A DNA stretch of 32,000 nt from Candidatus Electrothrix yaqonensis (GCA_047651235.1 CP178758.1:60001-92000), one strand, 5' to 3'. Positions 9,343 to 17,920 are shown, counted from the stretch's first letter. Translations and numbers: made by a program. Notes: generated by a model from the sequence alone, not told the origin.

Positions 9343-9438
9343 ACATAACTAGCTTATTTTTATTAAGTATTTAAAAACCCCTGTTTTTAGTATTATTAAT
9401 ATTATTAAATAGTTAATGGTATGGTCACCAAAGTAGAA
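9323..9438. mobile_element. 116-bp AT-rich MITE-like element with IS701-like terminal inverted repeats, nested in IS copy 1
   Basis: It starts TTCTACTTTGGCGATCATAAAC and ends GGTATGGTCACCAAAGTAGAA. The first 11 bp are a perfect inverted repeat, and about 18 of 22 positions match overall. The ends resemble the termini of the full IS. The interior has no coding potential. Confidence 0.7.
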
Positions 9439-9879
9439 TTAGTTGTCAGACGTGAGGTTAAGTCCCCGAAAAAAATTAAATATAGCCTAAGTAATGCGGA
9501 AAGTAACACGTCAACAAGACGACTTGCATATATGCAAGCTCAACGATATTGGGTTGAACGGCCATTTCAGGATGCAAAAAATGAATGTGGAATGGGTGAT
9601 TATCAGGCTCGGGGATGGCTGGCTTGGCATCATCATATGACTATGGTCATGATGGCCATGTTGTTTATGGTCGAGCAACGATTATACCATCAAGTCGGTG
9701 TCCCGTTATTGAGTTGCGCTGATATAACAACATTACTCAAGTCAATTCTTCCACGTCGAGATGTAAACGAAGATGAAGTTATAAGACAGCTTTGTCAACG
9801 GCATGAAAAGAGGCAAGCTTCGATTGATTTCGCATATGAGAAACAACGGAATTGCAAATTATTACCACAGCCTTTGTGA
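9439..9879 (+). pseudogene. IS701-like transposase, C-terminal fragment
   Basis: The sequence LVVRREVKSPKKIKYSLSNA...RYWVERPFQDAKNECGMGDYQARGWLAWHHHMTMVMMAMLF is identical at protein level to the 3' ORF of copy 2. The track ORF's ATG at 9421 lies inside the MITE. Confidence 0.8.
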
Positions 9880-10054
9880 GTGCCAAAGTAGAAGTAACAG
9901 CCTGTGAAAAATATTATTATTAAAATTGTTCTGAGTGCTTTTAATAGGTCGCTGAGGAAAAAAATTGTGCTGCGCATTTCCCGGTCTCCCGCATTGAGAT
10001 GATGATGGCTTTTTCAGCAAAACGCCGTAAGCCGCAGGAAATCTTTGTCAGATG

Positions 10055-11137
10055 CTATCGACGACTTTTCCTGTGCTTCATCACAGCCTTACAATGCTTA
10101 CTGAACTGCTTGTCTTTTATTCTTTTTTCCAAGTAGGACATTTCATTATACGTAGTTTCTCTGGTCATTTTTAAATAATTATGATAGCGGTCCGGAGATA
10201 ATTGACCTTGCTTGACAGCATCTAAAACGGCGCATCCTTTTTCTGCAACATGAGTGCAGTCGTTGAAATGACATTGTTCAGACAGACTGATTATGTCAGA
10301 AAATGTCTGATCAAGGCCAGTTTCTGCTCCAAATATGCCAAGCTCCCGCATGCCTGGCGTATCGATTACCATTGCCCCTGAATCTAACTTGATCAATTCT
10401 CTATGTGTTGTGGCATGTCTGCCTTTACTCTCTCTTTTGCTGACTTCTTTGGTTTTGTATCGGGATTCGCCTAACAGGTTGTTGAGTAAAGTTGTTTTGC
10501 CTACCCCTGATGATCCCAGCAGGCAATATGTCAAATTTGGCTTTATCAATCTGATAACATCGCGTAAACCGGATTCATCTTCATTATTAAAGGGAACCGT
10601 TCGGATATCGGGCATGATTTTATGAATTTCTTCGGTTCTGCAGGCTATATCTTCAGCTGAAAGCAAATCACTTTTGCTCAGCAGGACGACTGGTCGGATA
10701 TTGCTCTCGTTAACCATGACAAGATAACGTTCAAGTCGTCTGAGGTTAAAATTTTCATTCAACGATTGAACAATGAATGCAACATCGATATTGGCTGCAA
10801 TTAACTGAAAATCAACTTTCTTCCCTGGTGTTTTCCTTTTCAGCAAAGATTTTCGTGGTAATATTTCGTGAATTATAGAGAAAGTATTTTCATCATAAAA
10901 ACTGACAAAAACCCAATCACCTACCGTAGGATAGTCTACAGGGGAAGAAGCATTGAATAGTATTTTTCCGATCAATTCCGCTGCAGTGTCTACCTCTCCA
11001 TTACTGACGGTATAGCTGTCTTTGTGAACAGCGACCACTCTGGCGACTTCAAAGTTTTCCGGGTTGCTCTGCGAAGCAGCTTCCAGGTACCACTTATCAA
11101 AGCCAAAATCTTTTAAATTGTTCGGTATATTATTCAT
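10055..11137 (-). CDS. rsgA: RsgA/YjeQ-type circularly permuted ribosome-biogenesis GTPase
   Basis: It has an N-terminal OB-like region, then G4 LSKSD, then G1 GSSGVGKTTLLN, then G3 DTPGMRE, then the zinc knuckle CHFNDCTHVAEKGCAV. The gene is AT-rich relative to the backbone. Confidence 0.85.
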   Translation of the reverse strand: MNNIPNNLKDFGFDKWYLEAASQSNPENFEVARVVAVHKDSYTVSNGEVDTAAELIGKILFNASSPVDYPTVGDWVFVSFYDENTFSIIHEILPRKSLLKRKTPGKKVDFQLIAANIDVAFIVQSLNENFNLRRLERYLVMVNESNIRPVVLLSKSDLLSAEDIACRTEEIHKIMPDIRTVPFNNEDESGLRDVIRLIKPNLTYCLLGSSGVGKTTLLNNLLGESRYKTKEVSKRESKGRHATTHRELIKLDSGAMVIDTPGMRELGIFGAETGLDQTFSDIISLSEQCHFNDCTHVAEKGCAVLDAVKQGQLSPDRYHNYLKMTRETTYNEMSYLEKRIKDKQFSKHCKAVMKHRKSRR

Positions 11138-11329
11138 GTCGGATTAGACACCTGAATTCGAGTTCAACGTTGTGTTATCGAGGCGCATAGTGCACGTCTT
11201 GATCAACGTAAAGATCAGCAGACCTGAAGCACAAGTTTTCCAACTTTAAAAGAGGCAGCAAAGATGTACATGCCGTGCCCAAAGAAAGCGCGTCCTTGGG
11301 ATCTGCTGTGTTTTTTGGTTAACTGATTG

Positions 11330-12457
11330 TTATTCATTGATTATCTTTAAGTCTGATACCGCTTCTAATTGCCAAGAAGAACCTTTTCTTTCTAATATTC
11401 CCTGAACCTCAAGCTGTGCTCTTGACTTGTGAGCTTCGATTGCCAGAAGATACTGATTTACACCTAGTTCAATTTTTACATTTATATTCCCATAATTTTC
11501 ATGGTGATGTTTTAATATTATAATTCTCTTGCCAGATTCACTAGTTGGATCATTACTGCGAAGATTAACAACTTTTCCTAATATAAGTGAGTTTTCCGGG
11601 TCAACTTCTTTCATTTTATTTGCTGCATATTTAAGATATGAAAATTCTTCATCACCAAATGCTTGTACTTTAAAGTTTGATACATCTTCAGATGGAGGTA
11701 AACTGCTCGCCCAGTGTACAGCTAACTCTAAAGGTGTCTCAAGCTCTTCTCCCATTTCAACAATAGCTTCGCACATTCTTGAATTGAATCCGTATTGATA
11801 ACCGGAAGCCAAAATATCTGGATCTTGTTTAGAGATAGCTTCATTTGTTTTTTGAATTCCACGTATAATTCTTTCTATGATTCTCCTTTCGATAGGGGGA
11901 AAAAACATATCTTGTTGTTTAAATTCTTCGACAACTGGTGATTCAACAGAAAATCCAAAACTCCCGTGAAAAGTATGACCAAAACGTATTTTTTTTGCCA
12001 TGTTATAGCCAGTTCTTGATGGGGTTTCATGATGGGGAAGTGCTTTTTTTTCGGAGCAAGCGCTATAGACAAAAAGATTGCGAAGGCCATTTACTTCTTT
12101 TTTGGCAACTTCTAATGGGATGCTAAAAGGAAAATTATCATCGGGGGAGATTTTGACAAAGAACTTGTCGATATTAAGACTTTTTAAGATTCTTGACAGT
12201 GCAGCCGGTTCTATTTCGTAAAGATTTGACAATAAAGAAAAAACATCATAAATTCTTTTAGTCAAGTCCTCGAAATCATTAGAACTAGGAAGAAACACTT
12301 CTAAGGGGTTACCTGAATCACCCTCCGGCCCCTGAAACACTGAAAGTTTTCGGTTTGTACAAGATATTTCCAGCCAACCTTTAGACCTTAAAAAAGATTT
12401 TAAATCATAAAGAGATATCCCTTGAACAATATCAAGAGGAGAATTCGAGTTACTCAT
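11330..12457 (-). CDS. hypothetical protein (375 aa), no recognisable motif
   Basis: This is a long ORF in an AT-rich segment. Its ATG overlaps the stop of the upstream DUF4365-like gene (ATGA at 12454-12457), which implies translational coupling. I found no NTPase, HEPN, nuclease or TM motif. Confidence 0.7.
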   Translation of the reverse strand: MSNSNSPLDIVQGISLYDLKSFLRSKGWLEISCTNRKLSVFQGPEGDSGNPLEVFLPSSNDFEDLTKRIYDVFSLLSNLYEIEPAALSRILKSLNIDKFFVKISPDDNFPFSIPLEVAKKEVNGLRNLFVYSACSEKKALPHHETPSRTGYNMAKKIRFGHTFHGSFGFSVESPVVEEFKQQDMFFPPIERRIIERIIRGIQKTNEAISKQDPDILASGYQYGFNSRMCEAIVEMGEELETPLELAVHWASSLPPSEDVSNFKVQAFGDEEFSYLKYAANKMKEVDPENSLILGKVVNLRSNDPTSESGKRIIILKHHHENYGNINVKIELGVNQYLLAIEAHKSRAQLEVQGILERKGSSWQLEAVSDLKIINE

Positions 12458-12966
12458 GATAGCTCCCCTTTTTTTATTTTTATTATTAAATCTTTTATTT
12501 TGGAAGGAGTTAGAAGTTGTTTCCTGGGGATTTTAACTCTAATTGTTGCCTGGTTTTTCGTTGGTTCTCCATTTACTGAAAAATAATAGCAACTATTTTT
12601 TATAGTTAAAGACTCTTCAGATACACAAATCCATTCTTTCTTATCTTTTGGTAGACACATGACGACAAGGAAGCATGGAATGCTAGAATTATTCTTACGA
12701 TATAATAATTTGTTGTAAGTATCTGCATCTAAATCATAGATGACAGAATTGTCATCTTTTCCCCAGTTAATTGTCGCTTTTAACTGACAATCAAAAATAC
12801 CCCCCATGTCCATTCTCTTTCCTCCAATCGAATCAACTCTACGTACAGTGAGATCAACACCATAGTCTTGACTTACTATGTCAAATGTAGCCCCCGCACG
12901 AGATACAATAGCGCCTACCCAAGACACACTTATTGATTCTTCGATTGATTGAATCGGAATGGTCAT
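12454..12966 (-). CDS. DUF4365-like PD-(D/E)xK-fold protein (putative nuclease)
   Basis: The sequence SIEESISVSWVGAIV...DYGVDLTV...FDCQLKAT...IPCFLVVM follows the pattern I associate with DUF4365. That pattern is an N-terminal Glu helix, D-Y-G-V-D (D34, D38), then Q61-L-K63. The gene is very AT-rich. Confidence 0.65.
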   Translation of the reverse strand: MTIPIQSIEESISVSWVGAIVSRAGATFDIVSQDYGVDLTVRRVDSIGGKRMDMGGIFDCQLKATINWGKDDNSVIYDLDADTYNKLLYRKNNSSIPCFLVVMCLPKDKKEWICVSEESLTIKNSCYYFSVNGEPTKNQATIRVKIPRKQLLTPSKIKDLIIKIKKGELS

Positions 12967-13039
12967 TTGTATTTTATTATTTAGAAATTGTTATATCTGC
13001 TAATTTAATCGTTTAGCAGCGGTACTTAATCAGAAATCA

Positions 13040-16000
13040 TCACTTCGTTTCAGGATTACCTGTATCTTTCTGCGGAACCAGCTTCAGCCAGCCCTCCCGC
13101 ACTTCCTGCGGTCTGCTGAAATCAGCAGATAAGCTATATTGATCCACCCCCTGTTCCTGCCAGTCATCTCCGTCCTTTTCCACCCAGACCCATGCATAGC
13201 CCGGTTCTTCCGGTAGGGGCAGTTCGATTCCGCCGCTCCGTGTGAGCACAGGGGCGGTGAGAAAGGTTACTTCAATGGACTGCAGAGCATCCGCATACTG
13301 TTCCGGGGGAAGGATCTCCTCTTTGACCGGCAGGATACCTGTAGTAATGTGCAGGGTTCCCAGAGGGTCCATCAGCAGAGTCAGGGTGTGGGCCGGATCG
13401 CGGAAAGCCTGATACAGGGTCGGGTGCTCCTTATCCGGTTCTTTAGTACTGTAAAAGGCAGTGTCATCCGGGCCTTCCAGCCAGTAGCCCAACAGACCGT
13501 CATTCTGCTGTTTATGATTTCCCAGCCTGATCGGGATGTTGACAGCGTCAAACCCTTCTGTTTCCCGCTGACTATCTTTCTGTTGAATATCCTCCCGAAA
13601 CACACTCCAGTCCTGGTTGATCACCGGCAGCCCCTGCAGCTCAAGGTTCAGTGAGGCTCTGACAACGGCAACAGGTCGGCCTATGAGTAAGGCGGTTCCC
13701 TTGTACCGGGAAAAGTTCCTCGGATTAATCCGGTCCAGAGCCGTGTTGATGGTTCTGAGAAACTGGCTGAATCCGTTGTCACCCCCCTGATCCCCGGTTC
13801 CGGTTGTTTTGATACGCTGCACGGTTTCGCGCAGACAGGAATCCGAAATCTGTTCCGGCTCTTCCAGGCCGTCTTTTCCCGGAGCCGGGATCCAGTTCTG
13901 CTGGTGATCAATGATCCCAAGGGCTTTGCCTTTGCTGTCGTACACTGCCAGGGAGCGTTCCAGATTATTGGGCATCAGCCAGCCGCAGACAGCGGTCTGT
14001 TCAGGATGATTGCTGCTCTCTTCCGGTCTGTTTTCCGAGGCATCCGGCCGGGACGACAGCCAGCGGAAATCAATCCGGGCAGGCTGCATACAGCGGGGTG
14101 GCAGCACAATCCTGTCCGGTTCCGGCGCGGTTATAGTTTCCGAGCGGATAACTTCTTTCCAGCGCAGCTCTTTTCTCTGACCAAAGGTATCGATCAGCCG
14201 CAGACGGCTTATCCGCATCTTCCCTGCCCGCAGGGGAGCAAAGCTGTTCAACGGCTCCGGGGCATTGATGATACTGTCACCCACCAGCTGTTCCACCCTT
14301 TCAGTAAAATTTCGGTACTCCTGAAAGCCGATAGGCTCCCGGACAGCCAGCTGAAAGGTTTGTTTATGCATGAGCAGCGCATCGTTCAGACCGCTCAGAG
14401 CCTGGGAAAGGCTCTGCATCTTGTCCAGTTTTTCCCCCGCTTTGCGGACAAAATCATCAAATTGCTCATTCTTCTGCGCAGATGTATCTTTGAGCCGTGA
14501 TTCTACTTTCTCCCGCAGCAGTTCTGCCGCATACGGGGTCAGCAGACTTCGACCACTGTAGATATACCGTATCTCCGGAACCTTTTTCCCTTCTCTGGCT
14601 GTCAGGTCTGTTGCATGCTCGTTAAAAGTATAATCTCCCGTAAAATAATCCGGCGGGTATTTTTTCTGTTCACTGTCCAGGGTTTTCTGCAGCTGGATTT
14701 TCACCTGCCATTCCAGCAGAAAGGGATGCCAAGGTTGCTGCTGCCATTCAGCTGCCGCAGGCAGCTTCTCCCGAATACGGTCAATACCGTCAGCTTCCCC
14801 GTTGCGGAGCAGGTTGCTGAAACAGGCGGATGCAGCTGCTGCGCCGGTGACCTGCAGAGGGCCTGACGGCCGGGCCTGATCGGTGCTCACCACCTCATCC
14901 CCGTCGAGCAGAATGACCGGTTCCACGGGCTGCCAGTACCGGGAAGCCGGTTCTGACTGCAGGGTAAAGGTGGTTTTGTGTTCCTGGTTGAACGCCTCAA
15001 GTCCGGAGCGCAGCGTCTCTATCCGGTCCCCGATTTCTGCCTGCAGCCACCAGCTTTCTGCAATTCTGCGTTCCAGGGGAGCAAGATCCCGCTGCTCTAT
15101 AAAGACTCTGACGGTATCAATATCCAGATGATCATCCGAGACCGTCTCCGGCGGATAGGAACAGAGCATATATTTATACCAGTCAGCAAAGGTCCGCCTG
15201 CGTATGGATTTAATTTCCGCCTGCTGTCTGTCGTATTCTTTTTGCCGGGCATTCAGGGCAGCAAGCCGGGCAAGCAGGTCCGGGGACAGCGGTGTCTTTG
15301 CCTGCCGCTCTTTCTCCTGCTGTTCCTGTTGCTTGGAAAACACGAGCCACTGCAGACCGGCCTGTTTGGCCATGAAGCCCTTTTCGTGCCGGAGTTCATG
15401 CAGTTTGTACGGGGCATCCGGGTTGACGCCGGTAAAGATTTCCGGCTGAATCAGGGCTTCGAACTGCTGTTCTTTTTTCTTTTTCTCTTCCGGACTGCCG
15501 GACATGGCAGCAGCCAGATACGCAGACAGAGCCTCCGGCCCGGTACTGCCCACTGCAACCTTGACCCAGCCGTCAGATTGATCCGGATGCAGGGCCAACG
15601 GATCGGGGTTCAGTTTATCAGACTTCAGCCTGTCTCTGCTGATTTTTATCCGTGCGCAGCACAGGAGGTAATTGTCTTTTCCGGCCAGCTCCTCCGGCGC
15701 AACCTGCCAGCCGAATTCCTCTGCAAGATAGCTGACCGGATCATCGCCGGAATATTTCTGCAGTTCCCTGGACAGATGGTCTGCTGCTGGGTCGCTGTAC
15801 CAGCCGATAACCTCGTATTCCACGCTGTCCCGAAGGTTCTCGGCCGCAGCTTCCGGATCATGAAAGCCGAACACACTTAAGCAGTTGGGGTAGAAGGCGG
15901 CAAAGGAGGGCTCACCATATCCTACTGCCGTGAGATAGGGATAATATTCAGCCGTGCTAGCCGAGGACTGCAGCTGCTCCAGCCATTGCTCCAGGGGCAG

Positions 16001-16444
16001 GGCTCTTCCCATGTACCGGTACGGCGGATCATGCGGTCCTTTGGGCTGGCACGGCATAATGATGCTTTCCGCATAGCTGCCTGCCGGATACAGAAAATTG
16101 CTTTCCACCACCCACTGTTTTATGCTGCCGTCCCCGGTGCGGTGGGTGATCAGCCAGCGGTCAGGGACTGCGGGAAAGCTGACCCCATTCTTTTCTTCCC
16201 GGCCTGCAGTCAGTGCATCAGGAAGCTGCCAGTGCAGATGAATGCCGGGCTGGAGAAAGAGATTTCTGTTCTGAAAGGGCTGGGAGTTGAACTCCTCGCT
16301 GACATACGCGCTATTTGGATTGATATCCTGCATTCCGTCGGAATACGGCAGTTGGCTGAAATCAACCATGCTTTCAACAACCCGTCTGGAACGGGTAAGG
16401 TATAAGGCATCCAGGTGGGTGGGGATCAGAAGAAAATTGCTCAT
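13040..16444 (-). CDS. large hypothetical protein (1134 aa), no recognised catalytic motif
   Basis: This is an uninterrupted 3.4-kb ORF with backbone-like composition. The central region is charged and coiled-coil-like (KKKKEQQFEAL, QQEQQEKERQAKT, ARQKEYDRQQAEIKSIRRR). It has no Walker A motif, no signal peptide and no TM helices. All antisense ORFs across it look like shadows. Confidence 0.8.
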   Translation of the reverse strand: MSNFLLIPTHLDALYLTRSRRVVESMVDFSQLPYSDGMQDINPNSAYVSEEFNSQPFQNRNLFLQPGIHLHWQLPDALTAGREEKNGVSFPAVPDRWLITHRTGDGSIKQWVVESNFLYPAGSYAESIIMPCQPKGPHDPPYRYMGRALPLEQWLEQLQSSASTAEYYPYLTAVGYGEPSFAAFYPNCLSVFGFHDPEAAAENLRDSVEYEVIGWYSDPAADHLSRELQKYSGDDPVSYLAEEFGWQVAPEELAGKDNYLLCCARIKISRDRLKSDKLNPDPLALHPDQSDGWVKVAVGSTGPEALSAYLAAAMSGSPEEKKKKEQQFEALIQPEIFTGVNPDAPYKLHELRHEKGFMAKQAGLQWLVFSKQQEQQEKERQAKTPLSPDLLARLAALNARQKEYDRQQAEIKSIRRRTFADWYKYMLCSYPPETVSDDHLDIDTVRVFIEQRDLAPLERRIAESWWLQAEIGDRIETLRSGLEAFNQEHKTTFTLQSEPASRYWQPVEPVILLDGDEVVSTDQARPSGPLQVTGAAAASACFSNLLRNGEADGIDRIREKLPAAAEWQQQPWHPFLLEWQVKIQLQKTLDSEQKKYPPDYFTGDYTFNEHATDLTAREGKKVPEIRYIYSGRSLLTPYAAELLREKVESRLKDTSAQKNEQFDDFVRKAGEKLDKMQSLSQALSGLNDALLMHKQTFQLAVREPIGFQEYRNFTERVEQLVGDSIINAPEPLNSFAPLRAGKMRISRLRLIDTFGQRKELRWKEVIRSETITAPEPDRIVLPPRCMQPARIDFRWLSSRPDASENRPEESSNHPEQTAVCGWLMPNNLERSLAVYDSKGKALGIIDHQQNWIPAPGKDGLEEPEQISDSCLRETVQRIKTTGTGDQGGDNGFSQFLRTINTALDRINPRNFSRYKGTALLIGRPVAVVRASLNLELQGLPVINQDWSVFREDIQQKDSQRETEGFDAVNIPIRLGNHKQQNDGLLGYWLEGPDDTAFYSTKEPDKEHPTLYQAFRDPAHTLTLLMDPLGTLHITTGILPVKEEILPPEQYADALQSIEVTFLTAPVLTRSGGIELPLPEEPGYAWVWVEKDGDDWQEQGVDQYSLSADFSRPQEVREGWLKLVPQKDTGNPETK

Positions 16445-16725
16445 GCGGTGTGTTGGTGTGTGCGGGGGTTGGTTGTTCGGAATAATGAGTACAAAGCAGA
16501 AAGGGCGGCTTTTGTCAATTGAAATAATATGTTTGAGGATTCAAATCTGCAAGCCGCTTCTCTGTGCCCCGTCGCTGCGCAATCTGTGAAAGGGGTATCA
16601 TATCGGCGGGGATACTTTTTTGTCCCACAGTGTCGTATTTTCGTTTACTTTCTTCATCCCGTGTGGTTATCTCCTTGGATACTTCATTGTGTCAGTTATG
16701 AAATATAGTCAAAAAGGAGATTAAG

Positions 16726-17904
16726 ATGGGAAAACTGTCAGGTGTACTGTCAGGTGTAATTGCATTATGTATGATTCTTTTTTCTGCCGCTGCCGGTGCA
16801 GCGAAGCCTGCAGCACTTATGTATGTGGCGAATGAAGGGGAAAACAACGTCATGGTAGTTAATCTTGAAACGGAAGAAATTCTTGCCACGATACCGACCG
16901 GATATTTTCCTCACGCTATTGTTTTCGCAGCAGGTAAGGCATACGTGAACAACAGAGGTTCTGAGCATCTCACTGTAATTAATACGGAGACCCTTGAGGC
17001 AGGTGAAGATATTCCCCTGCCGAACGTTTCTTTCCAACTGGCTCTTTCTCCTGACGGAAAAACAGTTGCGGTCTCCTACAAAGATGCGCTCAAGGTCTCT
17101 CTCATAGATGTGGCGTCCGACACTGTCTCCACACTCCCGCTCAGTGAAACTCCCGAAGCTCCAGAAAGAGGTTTCCCTGAAAAACCGATGAAACATCCTC
17201 ATTGGTCTAAACACGGCAGATATCTTTATGTACAAAACAATATAGATGATCTGATCATTAAGATAGACACTGACACCTTTACTGTTGCTACTGAAATTCC
17301 CATGCCCGGCTCTAATCACGACCTCGTGGCAAGCTCGAACGACAAAGTTCTGTACGCTGTCAATCAGGATACCAATGACCAAACTGAACCGATGCTGACC
17401 GTGATTGATACTGAAACCGACAGTGTTATCGAGAATATCACCATTCCTCTTTCTCCCGATGAAACCGGCTTCGGTCACCATGGAGGACTGACCCGGAACG
17501 GAAAAACCTTTTACTTCTGCAATGAACGCGGATACAGCGTGTCTCTTGTTGATACCGTTAACATGGAGGTCAGGAAGTCTCTTGAGGTCGGCAAAGGGGC
17601 GGGACATCCGGTCTTTTCAAAAGATAACAAAAAAGCCTTCATTATCCCGCATAAAGATAATATTATCTCGGTGATTGATACTCATTCCGAAGAGATCATT
17701 GAAGAGATTGAAGCTGGCGAAGCTGGTATAAAACCTAAAATAGCTCATAGTTCCTATATTACCAATGACGGTAAATACCTGTACGTTATTAATGTGCCTG
17801 ACCAGAATGTTGTGAAAATCAATACCGTGACGTTAAAGGTGGTGTCAACCATCCCCATAGGTCAAAAAGCATTGGCCTTCGCTGTTACAAAAGCGCAGCT
17901 GTAA
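16726..17904 (+). CDS. secreted YVTN-family (YncE-like) beta-propeller repeat protein
   Basis: It has the signal peptide MGKLSGVLSGVIALCMILFSAAAGAA and AAGGAGA upstream. Roughly 40-residue units recur (YVANEGENNVMVVNLETEEILATIP, YVNNRGSEHLTVINTETLE, LYAVNQDTNDQTEPMLTVIDTETD, YVINVPDQNVVKINTVTLKVV). Confidence 0.8.
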   Translation: MGKLSGVLSGVIALCMILFSAAAGAAKPAALMYVANEGENNVMVVNLETEEILATIPTGYFPHAIVFAAGKAYVNNRGSEHLTVINTETLEAGEDIPLPNVSFQLALSPDGKTVAVSYKDALKVSLIDVASDTVSTLPLSETPEAPERGFPEKPMKHPHWSKHGRYLYVQNNIDDLIIKIDTDTFTVATEIPMPGSNHDLVASSNDKVLYAVNQDTNDQTEPMLTVIDTETDSVIENITIPLSPDETGFGHHGGLTRNGKTFYFCNERGYSVSLVDTVNMEVRKSLEVGKGAGHPVFSKDNKKAFIIPHKDNIISVIDTHSEEIIEEIEAGEAGIKPKIAHSSYITNDGKYLYVINVPDQNVVKINTVTLKVVSTIPIGQKALAFAVTKAQL

Positions 17905-17920
17905 GACCTTGCAGGAATGA

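Larger units (their letters stand above)
8717..9898 (+). mobile_element. IS701-family-like insertion sequence, copy 1, defective (internal segment replaced)
   Basis: It is near-identical to 18000-19612 in inverted orientation. The terminal repeats are TTCTACTTTGTCAAC (left) and GCCAAAGTAGAAGTAAC (right). About 540 bp of the transposase core present in copy 2 is missing. Confidence 0.85.

Noticed and set aside
8711-9904. Target-site duplications for IS copy 1 and for the whole composite
   Set aside because: The flanks are tattac / agcctg for copy 1 and tattac / ctgttg for the outer ends, and they share no direct repeat. Only copy 2 has a 3-bp CTG match, which is expected by chance about 1 time in 64. 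No claim is made.
13349-16405. Numerous plus-strand ORFs (up to 300 aa, for example 14978-15880) opposite the 1134-aa gene, and similar ones (4260-5054, 2688-3365, 3492-4175) opposite the WD40-caspase gene
   Set aside because: All are Arg/Pro/Gly/Leu-rich, lack starts with an RBS, and are fully contained in a longer, better-behaved ORF on the other strand.
16735-16758. A perfect 12-bp tandem duplication, ctgtcaggtgta x2
   Set aside because: It is real, but it lies in frame within the signal peptide of the propeller gene (LSGV LSGV). It is a trivial slippage duplication and not a regulatory repeat.
16765-17607. A 280-aa minus-strand ORF opposite the YVTN propeller gene
   Set aside because: The plus-strand product has a signal peptide, an RBS and regular propeller repeats. 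The antisense product has none of these.
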